Translations under genes and position numbers: made by a program
Assembly: GCA_964538355.1 (NCBI GenBank)
Contig: CAZIFC010000007.1
Location: forward strand, 5,924-69,923
DNA: 64,000 bases
Source of the DNA: an uncultured Lawsonia sp.
Lineage (GTDB): Bacteria; Desulfobacterota; Desulfovibrionia; Desulfovibrionales; Desulfovibrionaceae
Reading direction: 5' to 3'
Shown: positions 10,066-19,243 of the stretch, piece after piece
How positions within the stretch are numbered: position 1 is the stretch's first letter
Layout: each line of letters starts with the position of its first letter
Notes under the pieces: model-generated
The model's database searches: none
Told to the model about the DNA's origin: nothing
What the model saw: only the letters and a program-made list of their open reading frames with translations

Positions 10066-11469
10066 TTACAGAACCATTTTCCAGTAGGGGATGGCGATGA
10101 AGAAGACGAATGCGGCGGTCAGGACCATGCGGATGGCAAGCACCTTCACCATATCCTTGAAGAGCATGTAGCCGGAGCTGAAGAAGTAGAGGAGCACCGC
10201 GTATTCATACGGGAAGATGTAGTTGTCGAGTCCGTATTGGAACGCATAGAACAGGGTGCGGGGGTCCATGTTCATCTGCATCCCGAGTTCGGTTATGGGC
10301 GAGCTCATGGTCGTGGTTGCGGCGAGCGGGGTCAGCAGGAAGTTTGCCAGCGCGCCGAGCACATAGGAAGCCAGCCCCGCCGTGGAGGTGGTCATGCCGT
10401 GCAGGTAGGGCAGGGTTCCGTCGGCGATCCACGCGGTGACCTTGAGGTATCCGCCCGCGCTGCCGATGGTCATGCAGCCCATGATGAAGAACAGCGGCGC
10501 AAAGTTGATCTTGCTGAACGTGGCACCGTCGAGGAGCCGGACGCCGGGCAGGAAGGCCACAAAAGTCACCCCGAGGAGAACCAGCCCCGCGGCGACGCCG
10601 TGCAGCTTGTCGGTAGCGAGCAGAATAAGGGTAAGCAGCATGAGCAGGGCGGCCCGCTTCTGTTCGGGAGTGACCGGGCCAAGCTCCTGATACTTGATTT
10701 GCAGGGTGGCGTGGAGGGTCTGGCGGTCCACCTTCGAGGGCAGGACGAGCATGACGAGGCCCACGGACATGGCGGTATACAGCATGCCGGGGATGAAATT
10801 GTGCACGGCGAATTCCATCCAGCTGGTTGTCACGCCGGAAACCCGCTGCACAAGCTCCATGCCAAGCACAATGTCGGCCCCGCCGGTCAGGTAGCACAGC
10901 TTGGTCGAGGCAACGGCGAGGCAGCAGGTGAGAATGACGGCAGTGGCTTCGCGGCTCTTGGCCTTGAAGTCCAGCGCGTCACACAGGCTGATGCCGATGG
11001 CGCAGAAGATTGCCGCCTTGCCCGTGACGGCCGGAACAAGCGGGGCCACGATGGAGACGGCACAGGTGATGCCGATGAGGGTTCCGGTGAAGCTGCCGCC
11101 CATCAGCCGTACGCAGGTCAGGCCGATGCGCTTCCCGAGGCCTGTTTCCTGAAGGATCTTGCCGAGTGCGAAGCCGCCGATGACAATGAGGGGAACCTCA
11201 GAGAGCCACGGCGCGTAGACAACCTGCTGCTTCACACCGCAAAAGACGATGTAGAAGACGGGAAGGATAAGGCCTACGGCAATTTCGTTCATGACGTCCG
11301 TAGCCCAGATGGAGATGGCCCAAGCGGTAAGGGCAAGGAAAAGGGCCATCTGGTGGGTGACGACTTGTCCGTCTACGGGCATCATCCAATAGACGAAAAC
11401 CGGAATAACAAACGTGATGATCCATTTTAACGCAAGCGTCTTGTGCTTTCCCATGTCCATCAGAGTCAT
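10066..11469 (-). CDS. SLC13/DASS family anion permease
   Basis: About 13 TM segments; ETGLGKRIG motif; typical DASS length and layout. Confidence 0.8.
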   Translation of the reverse strand: MTLMDMGKHKTLALKWIITFVIPVFVYWMMPVDGQVVTHQMALFLALTAWAISIWATDVMNEIAVGLILPVFYIVFCGVKQQVVYAPWLSEVPLIVIGGFALGKILQETGLGKRIGLTCVRLMGGSFTGTLIGITCAVSIVAPLVPAVTGKAAIFCAIGISLCDALDFKAKSREATAVILTCCLAVASTKLCYLTGGADIVLGMELVQRVSGVTTSWMEFAVHNFIPGMLYTAMSVGLVMLVLPSKVDRQTLHATLQIKYQELGPVTPEQKRAALLMLLTLILLATDKLHGVAAGLVLLGVTFVAFLPGVRLLDGATFSKINFAPLFFIMGCMTIGSAGGYLKVTAWIADGTLPYLHGMTTSTAGLASYVLGALANFLLTPLAATTTMSSPITELGMQMNMDPRTLFYAFQYGLDNYIFPYEYAVLLYFFSSGYMLFKDMVKVLAIRMVLTAAFVFFIAIPYWKMVL

Positions 11470-11537
11470 TTTTTTCTCCTCCAGAGAGTGGTGCTCGGAA
11501 CGTGAACACAGTGTAAGCGTCTTCCGCAGGGGAATGA

Positions 11538-11553
11538 TGTAACCGTTGCTACA
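11538..11553. promoter_or_regulatory. candidate Crp-family operator 1 (TGTA-N8-TACA)
   Basis: TGTAACCGTTGCTACA in the divergent DASS/regulator intergenic region. Confidence 0.6.
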
Positions 11554-11734
11554 TTTTTCCCAAGGAACGTTTTTTTTGTGGAAGAAAACACAAAGAGCTT
11601 AACCTCTGGATTTGCAAGGATTGCCCGGAACAGGGAAGTGGTGTATCAAAACGCTATTGATAGCGTTTGTAAAAAAAGCTGTCTCGTTCCCCGAAAAAGG
11701 CTGTCAAAAGAGGCTTTTTGCACAAGGAGTTCCT

Positions 11735-12421
11735 GTGAACACGGATGATGCGAAGCTTATCGAATTTACGCACATACCACCGGAAGCGGGCGTATGGCGG
11801 CAAGTGCTCCACCTTGGAACCCGGCTGCACTTTCGCAAGGGCGAGGAAGTGATGCACGGAGGCGCGAAGGGGGAATACCTTTATTACGTCCATCAGGGGG
11901 AGGTGCGGCTGATGCGTTCGACGCTGGACGGGCGGGAAAAGATCCTGATGTCCATGCGCTCGGGGAGCATTACGGGCGAGACGCCTTTTTTTGACGAAGT
12001 CCCCGCCCGCAGCAGTATTGTCGCGGGAACGGATTGCGTTGTCTATGCCTTCTCCCATGACTGTGTAATGCATGAAATTGTTCCTTGCTACCCAGAGCTG
12101 ACGCTGGCTCTGCTGCATTCGCTGGCATCCAAGGTCAGGGTTTTGTGCAACCAGTCGGTGAGCCTCAGCCTTGAAGAGCTGCCTGCGCGCATCTGCCGGT
12201 TTCTGCACCTTCGGATGCGGAACAGCGGGCAGGGCGATCCCGATCCCCGTATCCTGCCGGGGCTGAATCAGCAGGAGCTGGCGAATCTGCTCGGCGTGCA
12301 CCGGGTTACACTCAACAAGACCCTGCGGGAACTGGAGCGGGAGGGAGTCCTCGGCCCCTACTCGCGAGATGAGGTCTATGTTGTGGATATGGAGCGTTTT
12401 CGGGAACTTGCCTTGAAATAG
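11735..12421 (+). CDS. Crp/Fnr family transcriptional regulator
   Basis: cNMP-binding-type domain (LYYVHQGEV, GETPFFD) and C-terminal HTH (NQQELANLLGVHRVTLNK); GTG after AAGGAG. Confidence 0.9.
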   Translation: MNTDDAKLIEFTHIPPEAGVWRQVLHLGTRLHFRKGEEVMHGGAKGEYLYYVHQGEVRLMRSTLDGREKILMSMRSGSITGETPFFDEVPARSSIVAGTDCVVYAFSHDCVMHEIVPCYPELTLALLHSLASKVRVLCNQSVSLSLEELPARICRFLHLRMRNSGQGDPDPRILPGLNQQELANLLGVHRVTLNKTLRELEREGVLGPYSRDEVYVVDMERFRELALK

Positions 12422-12522
12422 ATGCCGAAAACACTGGCAACATGCTGGATTGTTGGATGTTTTTGCCTTCGGCCCCGTTTTTTCCGGGGAGGCGGAAAGA
12501 AAAGGGAACTTTTTGCGCCAAA

Positions 12523-12538
12523 TGTAACAAAGGCAACA
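12523..12538. promoter_or_regulatory. candidate Crp-family operator 2
   Basis: TGTAACAAAGGCAACA upstream of the second ASST; shares TGTAAC-N4-GCWACA with site 1. Confidence 0.55.
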
Positions 12539-12618
12539 GTTCGGGAAGCCGCTTCGGGATAGTGTCGGCCCATAGAGAGAAACGCTCTCCTCAAGACAAC
12601 ACTATCAAGGAGCATGTC

Positions 12619-14070
12619 ATGGGCCACCCGACAATCTATCCCACCGGCGTCACTGTTTACGATCCCGAAAAGTGCTGGAACGGACTCACCATTTTTCAGG
12701 CGCAGGAAGTCGGCGCAGTCCTCATGGACATGAACGGCCGTGAAGTGAACGTCTGGAAGGGTGTGCATGGTATGCCCAACAAGATCCTTCCCGGCGGCTA
12801 TCTGGTGACCAGCCGGGGGCGGCGCAGCGGCAAGTTCAGCGTACAGGACGGGCTTGATGTCGTTCAGGTGGATTGGGATGGCAACGTTGTCTGGACATTC
12901 GACCGCAACGAATTCATTGAAGATCCCGGCTTCCCCGGTCGCTGGATGGCCCGCTACCACCACGATTTCCAGCGGGAAGGCAGCACCACCGGCTATTATG
13001 CCCCGGGCATGGAGCCGAAGGCCCTTTCCGGCAACACGCTGGTGCTCGCGCACCGCAACGCCCGCAATCCCAAAATTTCCGACAAGCAGCTCCTTGACGA
13101 CGTGATTCTTGAAGTCGATTGGGACGGCGATATCGTATGGGAATGGAACTGCCACGAGCATTTTGACGAAATGGGCTTCCGCGAAGGCCCCAAGAATACC
13201 CTGGCCCGCAATCCCAACTATCGCCCCACGCAGCCCGAAGGAATGGGCGACTGGATGCATATCAACTCCATGTCCGTGCTTGGCCCCAACAAGTGGTATG
13301 ACGCGGGCGACGAGCGTTTCCATCCCGACAACATCATCGTGGACGGCCGCGAAGCCAACATCATTTTCATCATCTCCAAGGCGACCGGAAAGATTGTCTG
13401 GAAACTCGGCCCGGATTACGACAACTCGCCGGAGGCCAAGGCCATCGGCTGGATCATCGGGCAGCACCACGCGCACATGATTCCGCACACCCTGCCCGGG
13501 GGCGGGAATATCCTCATCTTCGACAACGGCGGATGGGGTGGATACGACGTGCCGAATCCCGGAGCTCCTACCGGGGTGAAGGCTGCGCTGCGCGACTACT
13601 CCCGGGTACTGGAAATCGATCCGGTGGCCATGAAGATCGTGTGGCAGTACACGCCGACGGAAGCGGGATTCCTCGCTCCGATGGACAGCAACCGATTCTA
13701 CAGCCCCTTCATCAGCGGCATGCAGCGTCTGCCCAACGGCAATACGCTGATTACCGAAGGCTCCAACGGACGCGTTTTTGAAGTGACTCCCGACCACAAG
13801 ATCGTCTGGGAATTCGTTTCTCCCTATAAGGGCAAGTTTGTTCCCATGAACATGACGTACCGGGCCTACCGGGTTCCCTACGAGTGGGTTCCGCAGGTCG
13901 CCAAGCCCGTTGAAACTCCCATCGCGCCGCTGGATGTGGCTTCGTTCCGCGTGCCCGGTGCGGCGGCCCTCGGCGATCGGGACAAGGAAGTGAGCGTTGC
14001 AGGCTGCGTGCCCTACGAGGGCAGCAACGCCCTGTGCGTGGCTTCCGTGGATGATCCCGAAGACAAGTAG
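12619..14070 (+). CDS. aryl-sulfate sulfotransferase (ASST family), cytoplasmic
   Basis: MGHPTIYPTG start after AAGGAG; no signal peptide; motifs YHHDF, MHINS, GQHHAH, QRLPNGNTLI. Confidence 0.87.
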   Translation: MGHPTIYPTGVTVYDPEKCWNGLTIFQAQEVGAVLMDMNGREVNVWKGVHGMPNKILPGGYLVTSRGRRSGKFSVQDGLDVVQVDWDGNVVWTFDRNEFIEDPGFPGRWMARYHHDFQREGSTTGYYAPGMEPKALSGNTLVLAHRNARNPKISDKQLLDDVILEVDWDGDIVWEWNCHEHFDEMGFREGPKNTLARNPNYRPTQPEGMGDWMHINSMSVLGPNKWYDAGDERFHPDNIIVDGREANIIFIISKATGKIVWKLGPDYDNSPEAKAIGWIIGQHHAHMIPHTLPGGGNILIFDNGGWGGYDVPNPGAPTGVKAALRDYSRVLEIDPVAMKIVWQYTPTEAGFLAPMDSNRFYSPFISGMQRLPNGNTLITEGSNGRVFEVTPDHKIVWEFVSPYKGKFVPMNMTYRAYRVPYEWVPQVAKPVETPIAPLDVASFRVPGAAALGDRDKEVSVAGCVPYEGSNALCVASVDDPEDK

Positions 14071-14095
14071 ACGCTTCCTCCACGCTCTCCGCAAG

Positions 14096-14135
14096 AAGGG
14101 CCGTCCTCCGTTGGTGGGGGACGGCCCTTTTTTTT
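14096..14135 (+). terminator. intrinsic terminator
   Basis: AAGGGCCGTCCTCC / GGGGGACGGCCCTT stem plus T run. Confidence 0.85.
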
Positions 14136-14392
14136 GCGGCTTTAATCCGCTATCCTGCCTGATATTCTCAATCCCTCCACTTGCCTCCGGTACTGTTCTG
14201 CGTCATAGCTGGAACAGTCTTTTTCCATCCCCGTTTTTTCGGACAAGCCGGGCGTTCCGATCCCGCACCGTATTCATGCCACATGGAAAGTCTGCTCGGG
14301 AGCAGGGGGCGGGGCGTTGCGATGAAGCCCGGCCGCTTCTCTCCCAAGCCGTTTTCTCGTTCTTTTCCTTCTCTTTTTACAAAGGTTTTTTT

Positions 14393-16927
14393 ATGAAAAA
14401 GAAGCATTCCCGCCAGCGCGGTTATTTTGGTGATACAGTCCGTGAGGAGCCGTCCCGTCCGGCGCGGTCCACGCGCAAGGCGTCCCGGCAGTCCGGCGAG
14501 GTCACGGCGGCCCATGTCCCGGGCGGCCTAGACCCTCGTGAAGTTCTTGAGATGATGGGCAAGGTTCGCCACCCGGTGCGCCTTGACGATCTGATCCGCT
14601 TTTTGGATCTGTCCCGGCGCGACAAGCATCCGCTTGAGGCCCTGCTAGACAGCCTTCAGGCGGAGGGGCGGGTTATCCGGCTGCGCGGCGGCAAGTGGGT
14701 AGAGGCGTCTCAGGCGCGTATCGTTGCTGGCGTTCTTTCCATCCAGCGGTCTGGAGCGGGCTTCGTGACGCCCGATGCCGTGCAGGAGGCTCCCGAAGAA
14801 GCTCCGAAGCCCGTGGACGGCGACAAGCGCGGGCGGCGCAATCCCGAGTCGCGCCTTCAGCCGGACATTTTCATTCATCCGGGGTTCTTTGGCGATGCAT
14901 GGCACGGGGACCGCGTGGAGGTTGCGCTCCAGCCCGCTTCGCAGCAGCGGGGCGGCAGGATGAAGAACCCCGAGGGCCGGATCCTGCGTGTCCTTGAGCG
15001 TCGCCAGAAAGAGCTGGCTGTCCATGTCACCCGGAACCGGACGCCGCGCGGCGTGCTGTGCCGTCCGGCGGACCCGAGGCTGGATTTTTTGCTGGATACG
15101 GATGTTTCTGCATTGCAGACGCCTCCGAAACTCGGGGAGCTGCTGCTGGTTGCGCCCGGCGAAAAGCTGGATGACGAGCTGTGGGAAGCCACGGCCCGCG
15201 TGTCGCTGGGCCTTGAGGAAGATGCGATGGTGCAGGAGCGTCTGACCAAGCTCAACCATCAGATTCCGCTGGACTTTCCGCCCAATGTCCTGGCGGAGGC
15301 CGACGAGCTGGAACAGCGCGCGTCACAGGGCGTGGCGGATCTTGGCGGATTGAAGCCGCTGGAGCGTCTGGAAGCCGCCCCGACCCCGGATCAGGTATCC
15401 CGCGTTTCCACCGCAAAACGGCAGGATTTGCGCGGCGTGCCGTTCGTGACCATCGACGGCGAGGATGCCCGCGACTTCGACGATGCCGTTTATGCCCGCC
15501 CGCTGGCGCATTCCCCGGATGGGGCAACGTGGGAGCTGTGGGTCGCCATCGCGGACGTGAGCCATTTCGTGCAGCCCGGATCGCGGCTGGATCGCGAGGC
15601 CCGGGAGCGCGGCAACTCCTACTATTTCCCCACCTCTGTGGAGCCGATGCTTCCCGAAGTGCTGTCCAACGGCCTGTGCAGCCTGCGTCCCGACGAGGAC
15701 AGGCTGGTCATGGCGGCGAGGGTGGGCTTTGACGACAGGGGGATTCCGCGCTCGTCGGCGTTTTTCCCCGGCGTGATCCGTTCGCGGGGGCGGCTTACCT
15801 ATGAAGGCGTGCACGAGGCACTGGAGCAGGGCGGGGCCTTGCTGGAGCGTCATCCCTATCTGAAGGATGCCGAGACGCTGGCCCATGTGCTGCTCAAGCG
15901 GCGGCAGGAGCGGGGGAGCCTCGATTTCGATCTGCCGGAAGCGCAGTTCATCGTCAACCGGGAAACCGGCGAGGTGGAGGGCATCCGGCGGCGCAGCCGT
16001 GTCTTTGCCCATCGCCTGATTGAAGAGTTCATGCTGGCGGCGAACGAGGCCGTGGCCCGGTATCTGACGGAAAAGGGCACGCCGTTCCCGTACCGCATCC
16101 ATCCCGCGCCCGATCCCGAACGCCTGTCCACGCTGTTCCGAACGCTGGCGTCCACCGATCTCGCCCAGAGCGAGCTTTTGCAGCTCAAACGGGGAGAGGC
16201 TCCGTCCCCGGCGCGGCTTCGGGACATTCTGGCGCAGGCCGAGGGCACGCCTCAGGAATATCTGGTGGGGCGTCTGGTGCTGCGCTCCATGATGCAGGCC
16301 CGCTATTCCCCCGAACCGGGCGAGCATTTCGGGCTGGCCTCGCCGTGCTACTGCCACTTTACCTCGCCGATCCGCCGCTATGCCGACCTGTTGGTTCACC
16401 GCGCCCTGTCCTTTGCGCTGGGTGCGGCGCAGGGTCCGATCCTTGCGGGCCACAAGCTGCTCATGGCGGCGGATCAGTGCAATGCCCGCGAGCGCGCGGC
16501 GACCGAGGCGGAGCGCGAGATTGCCCGGCGTCTCGGCTGCCTGCTGCTGAAGGAGCGGACGGGCGAGACGTTCGAGGGGGTCGTTTCCGGGGTGTCGGAT
16601 TTCGGCTTTTTCGTGGAATTCAACGAGATGCCCGTGGAAGGCATGGTTCGGCTCACGAGCTTTCGTGACGACTGGTTCGAGTACGACCCTGATCGGCAGG
16701 AGCTTATCGGCGTGGGCACGGGACGGCGTTTCCGGCTCGGGCAGCCCGTCACCGTGCGGCTGGTTGACGTGAACGTCGGCCGGCTCGAAGTGAATCTCGA
16801 ACTTGAGGGAACTACAGATACGGGGAGAAAAGCCAGCTCGCGGCGTTCCGCAGGCGGGCGGGAAACGCGGGGAAGGTCTTCCGGACAGAAACGGAACGGC
16901 TTTGTACCTCGTCATAAAAGGCGGTGA
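14393..16927 (+). CDS. rnr: ribonuclease R
   Basis: RNB motif VTIDGEDARDFDDA, HFTSPIRRYADL, S1 domain and a basic C-terminal tail. Confidence 0.93.
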   Translation: MKKKHSRQRGYFGDTVREEPSRPARSTRKASRQSGEVTAAHVPGGLDPREVLEMMGKVRHPVRLDDLIRFLDLSRRDKHPLEALLDSLQAEGRVIRLRGGKWVEASQARIVAGVLSIQRSGAGFVTPDAVQEAPEEAPKPVDGDKRGRRNPESRLQPDIFIHPGFFGDAWHGDRVEVALQPASQQRGGRMKNPEGRILRVLERRQKELAVHVTRNRTPRGVLCRPADPRLDFLLDTDVSALQTPPKLGELLLVAPGEKLDDELWEATARVSLGLEEDAMVQERLTKLNHQIPLDFPPNVLAEADELEQRASQGVADLGGLKPLERLEAAPTPDQVSRVSTAKRQDLRGVPFVTIDGEDARDFDDAVYARPLAHSPDGATWELWVAIADVSHFVQPGSRLDREARERGNSYYFPTSVEPMLPEVLSNGLCSLRPDEDRLVMAARVGFDDRGIPRSSAFFPGVIRSRGRLTYEGVHEALEQGGALLERHPYLKDAETLAHVLLKRRQERGSLDFDLPEAQFIVNRETGEVEGIRRRSRVFAHRLIEEFMLAANEAVARYLTEKGTPFPYRIHPAPDPERLSTLFRTLASTDLAQSELLQLKRGEAPSPARLRDILAQAEGTPQEYLVGRLVLRSMMQARYSPEPGEHFGLASPCYCHFTSPIRRYADLLVHRALSFALGAAQGPILAGHKLLMAADQCNARERAATEAEREIARRLGCLLLKERTGETFEGVVSGVSDFGFFVEFNEMPVEGMVRLTSFRDDWFEYDPDRQELIGVGTGRRFRLGQPVTVRLVDVNVGRLEVNLELEGTTDTGRKASSRRSAGGRETRGRSSGQKRNGFVPRHKRR

Positions 16928-18305
16928 GCTGTGCCGTCAGATCGGCATCCAGCACTTCCATCACCAGCTCGAAGTTGAGGTTCAGGCTGCGGGGATCGAG
17001 GTTGGCCGATCCCAGCAGGGTGTATTCGCCATCGATGAGCAGCAGTTTCGTATGTGCGAAGGGCGGGGGCTGACGGTAAATCCGCACGCCCCTGTCCGCC
17101 AGCATGGGCATCTGGTGGCGCATGGCCCAGTCCACGAGGCGGTGGTTGTTTTCACCGGGGATGATGACGCTTACGTCCACTCCCCGCAGCACCGCGCTGA
17201 CCAGCTCGCCGTGCAGACGGTGCGGCGGCAGGAAGTAGGGGCTCATGATCCGCACGGAATGCTGCGCCGCCGAAATCTGGGCGCAGACCAGATCGAGGAT
17301 GGTATCCTCGGGCGTGCCCGGCCCGTCCATGAGGATGCGGCACAGCGAATCCCCCCGGCCTTGCATGTGCTTGAGCGGGATGGGCCTGTTGTCCCCCGTC
17401 GCGAAGGCCCAATCCATGAGGAAGGCTATTTCGAGCTGCTGCGCGATGGGACCGCTGCAATGGAAATGCACGTCCTGTACCCTGTGCGGGCGGTTCAGTT
17501 CCACAAGGTGGTTTTGCGAGATGTTCATGCCGCCGGTGAAGCAGGTCACGCCGTCGCAGACCAGTACCTTGCGGTGGGTCCGCAGGTTGATGGAAAACTG
17601 GGGCGGAACAAGGCGCGGCGGCAGAAAGAAGGCCAGCTGCACCTTCGGCCCGAGGAGCGTTTCCCAGCGGGGCCACAGGTGGAACGAACCCACGCCGTCC
17701 ATGAGCAGGCGCACGTCGCAGCCGCGCTCCGCAGCCTCGCGCAGGGCCGCCGCAAAGCGTTTTCCCACTTCGTCATAGCCGAAAATGAAGCTGGAGAGGT
17801 ACACCCTTTCCCTGGCTCCACGGATAGCCTCCAGCATGACCGGATAGGCGGCTTCGCCGTTGTGCAGAACCTCCAGCCGGTTGCCGCCGATCATGCAGCG
17901 GCCCGAGATGCTGCTTCCCGGTGCGGAGAGGTAATGCCAGGCCTCGGGCAGGCCGCTGTGATCGATAAAACCGTAGGGCTTCTCGCTCAGGGACTTGCCG
18001 TGCAGGTCCACAAGGCCGCCGATGACGTTCCGGGCGGCCTTTTCCATAAGCCGCACGGCCTGGCTGTCGATGCGGGCAATGCCGAACAGCCAATACAGCG
18101 GCAGTCCCACCGGAGGCATGAGCAGAAGGATGGCGATCCAGCCGAGTGCCGCCCGGGAGTCCCGCTTGCGGAGCAGGGCGTGGCCCGCGCTGAACAGGGC
18201 GACCCCGTGCATGGCTACGGCAAGGGTCAGGATAAGCACCGTATCCGGGACGAAGACGAGGCAGGCCACGGCCAGCAGCGCGAACAGAAAGGAAATGGCG
18301 ACCAT
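16812..18305 (-). CDS. cls: cardiolipin synthase (PLD superfamily)
   Basis: Two HKD motifs (RTHRKVLVCD, AHTKLLLID), N-terminal TM hairpin, GSANLDPRS. Confidence 0.88.
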   Translation of the reverse strand: MVAISFLFALLAVACLVFVPDTVLILTLAVAMHGVALFSAGHALLRKRDSRAALGWIAILLLMPPVGLPLYWLFGIARIDSQAVRLMEKAARNVIGGLVDLHGKSLSEKPYGFIDHSGLPEAWHYLSAPGSSISGRCMIGGNRLEVLHNGEAAYPVMLEAIRGARERVYLSSFIFGYDEVGKRFAAALREAAERGCDVRLLMDGVGSFHLWPRWETLLGPKVQLAFFLPPRLVPPQFSINLRTHRKVLVCDGVTCFTGGMNISQNHLVELNRPHRVQDVHFHCSGPIAQQLEIAFLMDWAFATGDNRPIPLKHMQGRGDSLCRILMDGPGTPEDTILDLVCAQISAAQHSVRIMSPYFLPPHRLHGELVSAVLRGVDVSVIIPGENNHRLVDWAMRHQMPMLADRGVRIYRQPPPFAHTKLLLIDGEYTLLGSANLDPRSLNLNFELVMEVLDADLTAQLTAFYDEVQSRSVSVRKTFPAFPARLRNAASWLFSPYL

Positions 18306-18547
18306 AGGAGGAAATGGGGGGGCGGGATGTTGCGTCTTCCCCGTGACCGCCCGGGGCAGACGGAGAGGCGGGCGGTCGGCCCCGAGGGTTGCCTCGGAGC
18401 CTTCCGCCGGAGAGAGGGGGGGAGAGGAGGGGGAGCCTCCTCCCATACACGGTATTGTTCTGGGTCAGGCCCTCCGCCCTGCGTCAGGGGGTCCTTTCCC
18501 GGAGCCTGCATGCAGGGGGGAAGGGGACAGGGGGAGAGGCGGTTGGC

Positions 18548-18967
18548 CTAGCGCACGACGAGCACGGGAATCTGGGCGAGCGTCAGCACCTTGTGGGTGA
18601 CGCTGCCGAGGAGCAGGCCCTCGATCTCGCTGCGGCCGCGCGAACCCATGACGATGAGGTCGCACTTCATGTCTTCAGCGGTTTCAATGATGCCGTCGGC
18701 GGTGGAGTTGTTCAGCACGATTTTGTCGGTGCAGGCAATGTTTTCTTTGGCGAGGATGTCCATGACCGGCTTGGTGATGAGGGCGGCATCGCTCTTGACG
18801 GCGGCCTCGGCTTCCTTGCGGGCTTCGCCGCCGATGACGTTGGGAATGGGGGGCAGGATCGTGATCACGACGACTTCGCCGTTCTTGGCGAGTCCGGCGG
18901 CATGGGCCACGGCGTGCATGGAGTGTTCGGAACCGTCGACAGGCAAAAGAATGCGTTTGTAGGCCAT
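18548..18967 (-). CDS. universal stress protein (UspA family)
   Basis: YKRILLPVDGS start and DLIVMGSRG...LLGSV motif. Confidence 0.93.
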   Translation of the reverse strand: MAYKRILLPVDGSEHSMHAVAHAAGLAKNGEVVVITILPPIPNVIGGEARKEAEAAVKSDAALITKPVMDILAKENIACTDKIVLNNSTADGIIETAEDMKCDLIVMGSRGRSEIEGLLLGSVTHKVLTLAQIPVLVVR

Positions 18968-19131
18968 ACGAGCTCCTTGGGTTGACGCGGATGCGTCAGG
19001 TTGGTGGAATCGCCCGCAGAATACACCTTGCAGAAGAAAGTGACAAGGCTTCTGTTTTGCAGAAGGTCGAGATACGTCGAAAAGTCGGCATGTTGAGCCT
19101 GTGGAGCTGCCGTTCCGGAAAGGCTCTCACG

Positions 19132-19160
19132 TTGACAAGGCCGCCTCGTCAGAGTACATT
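19132..19160 (+). promoter_or_regulatory. sigma70 promoter for guaB
   Basis: TTGACA-17 nt-TACATT. Confidence 0.65.
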
Positions 19161-19243
19161 TATCCATTCCATTTTTATATCCTACATTTATGGCCTCCGG
19201 TGTGCGCGACCCCCCGGAGCGTCTTTGTCCTCAGGAGGGCACG

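Noticed and set aside
13997-14392. Longer N-terminus for RNase R, and similar upstream extensions for cls, msrAB, the Crp regulator and the second ASST
   Set aside because: The extensions cross terminators or intergenic sequence; downstream starts fit the family N-termini and mostly have an RBS.
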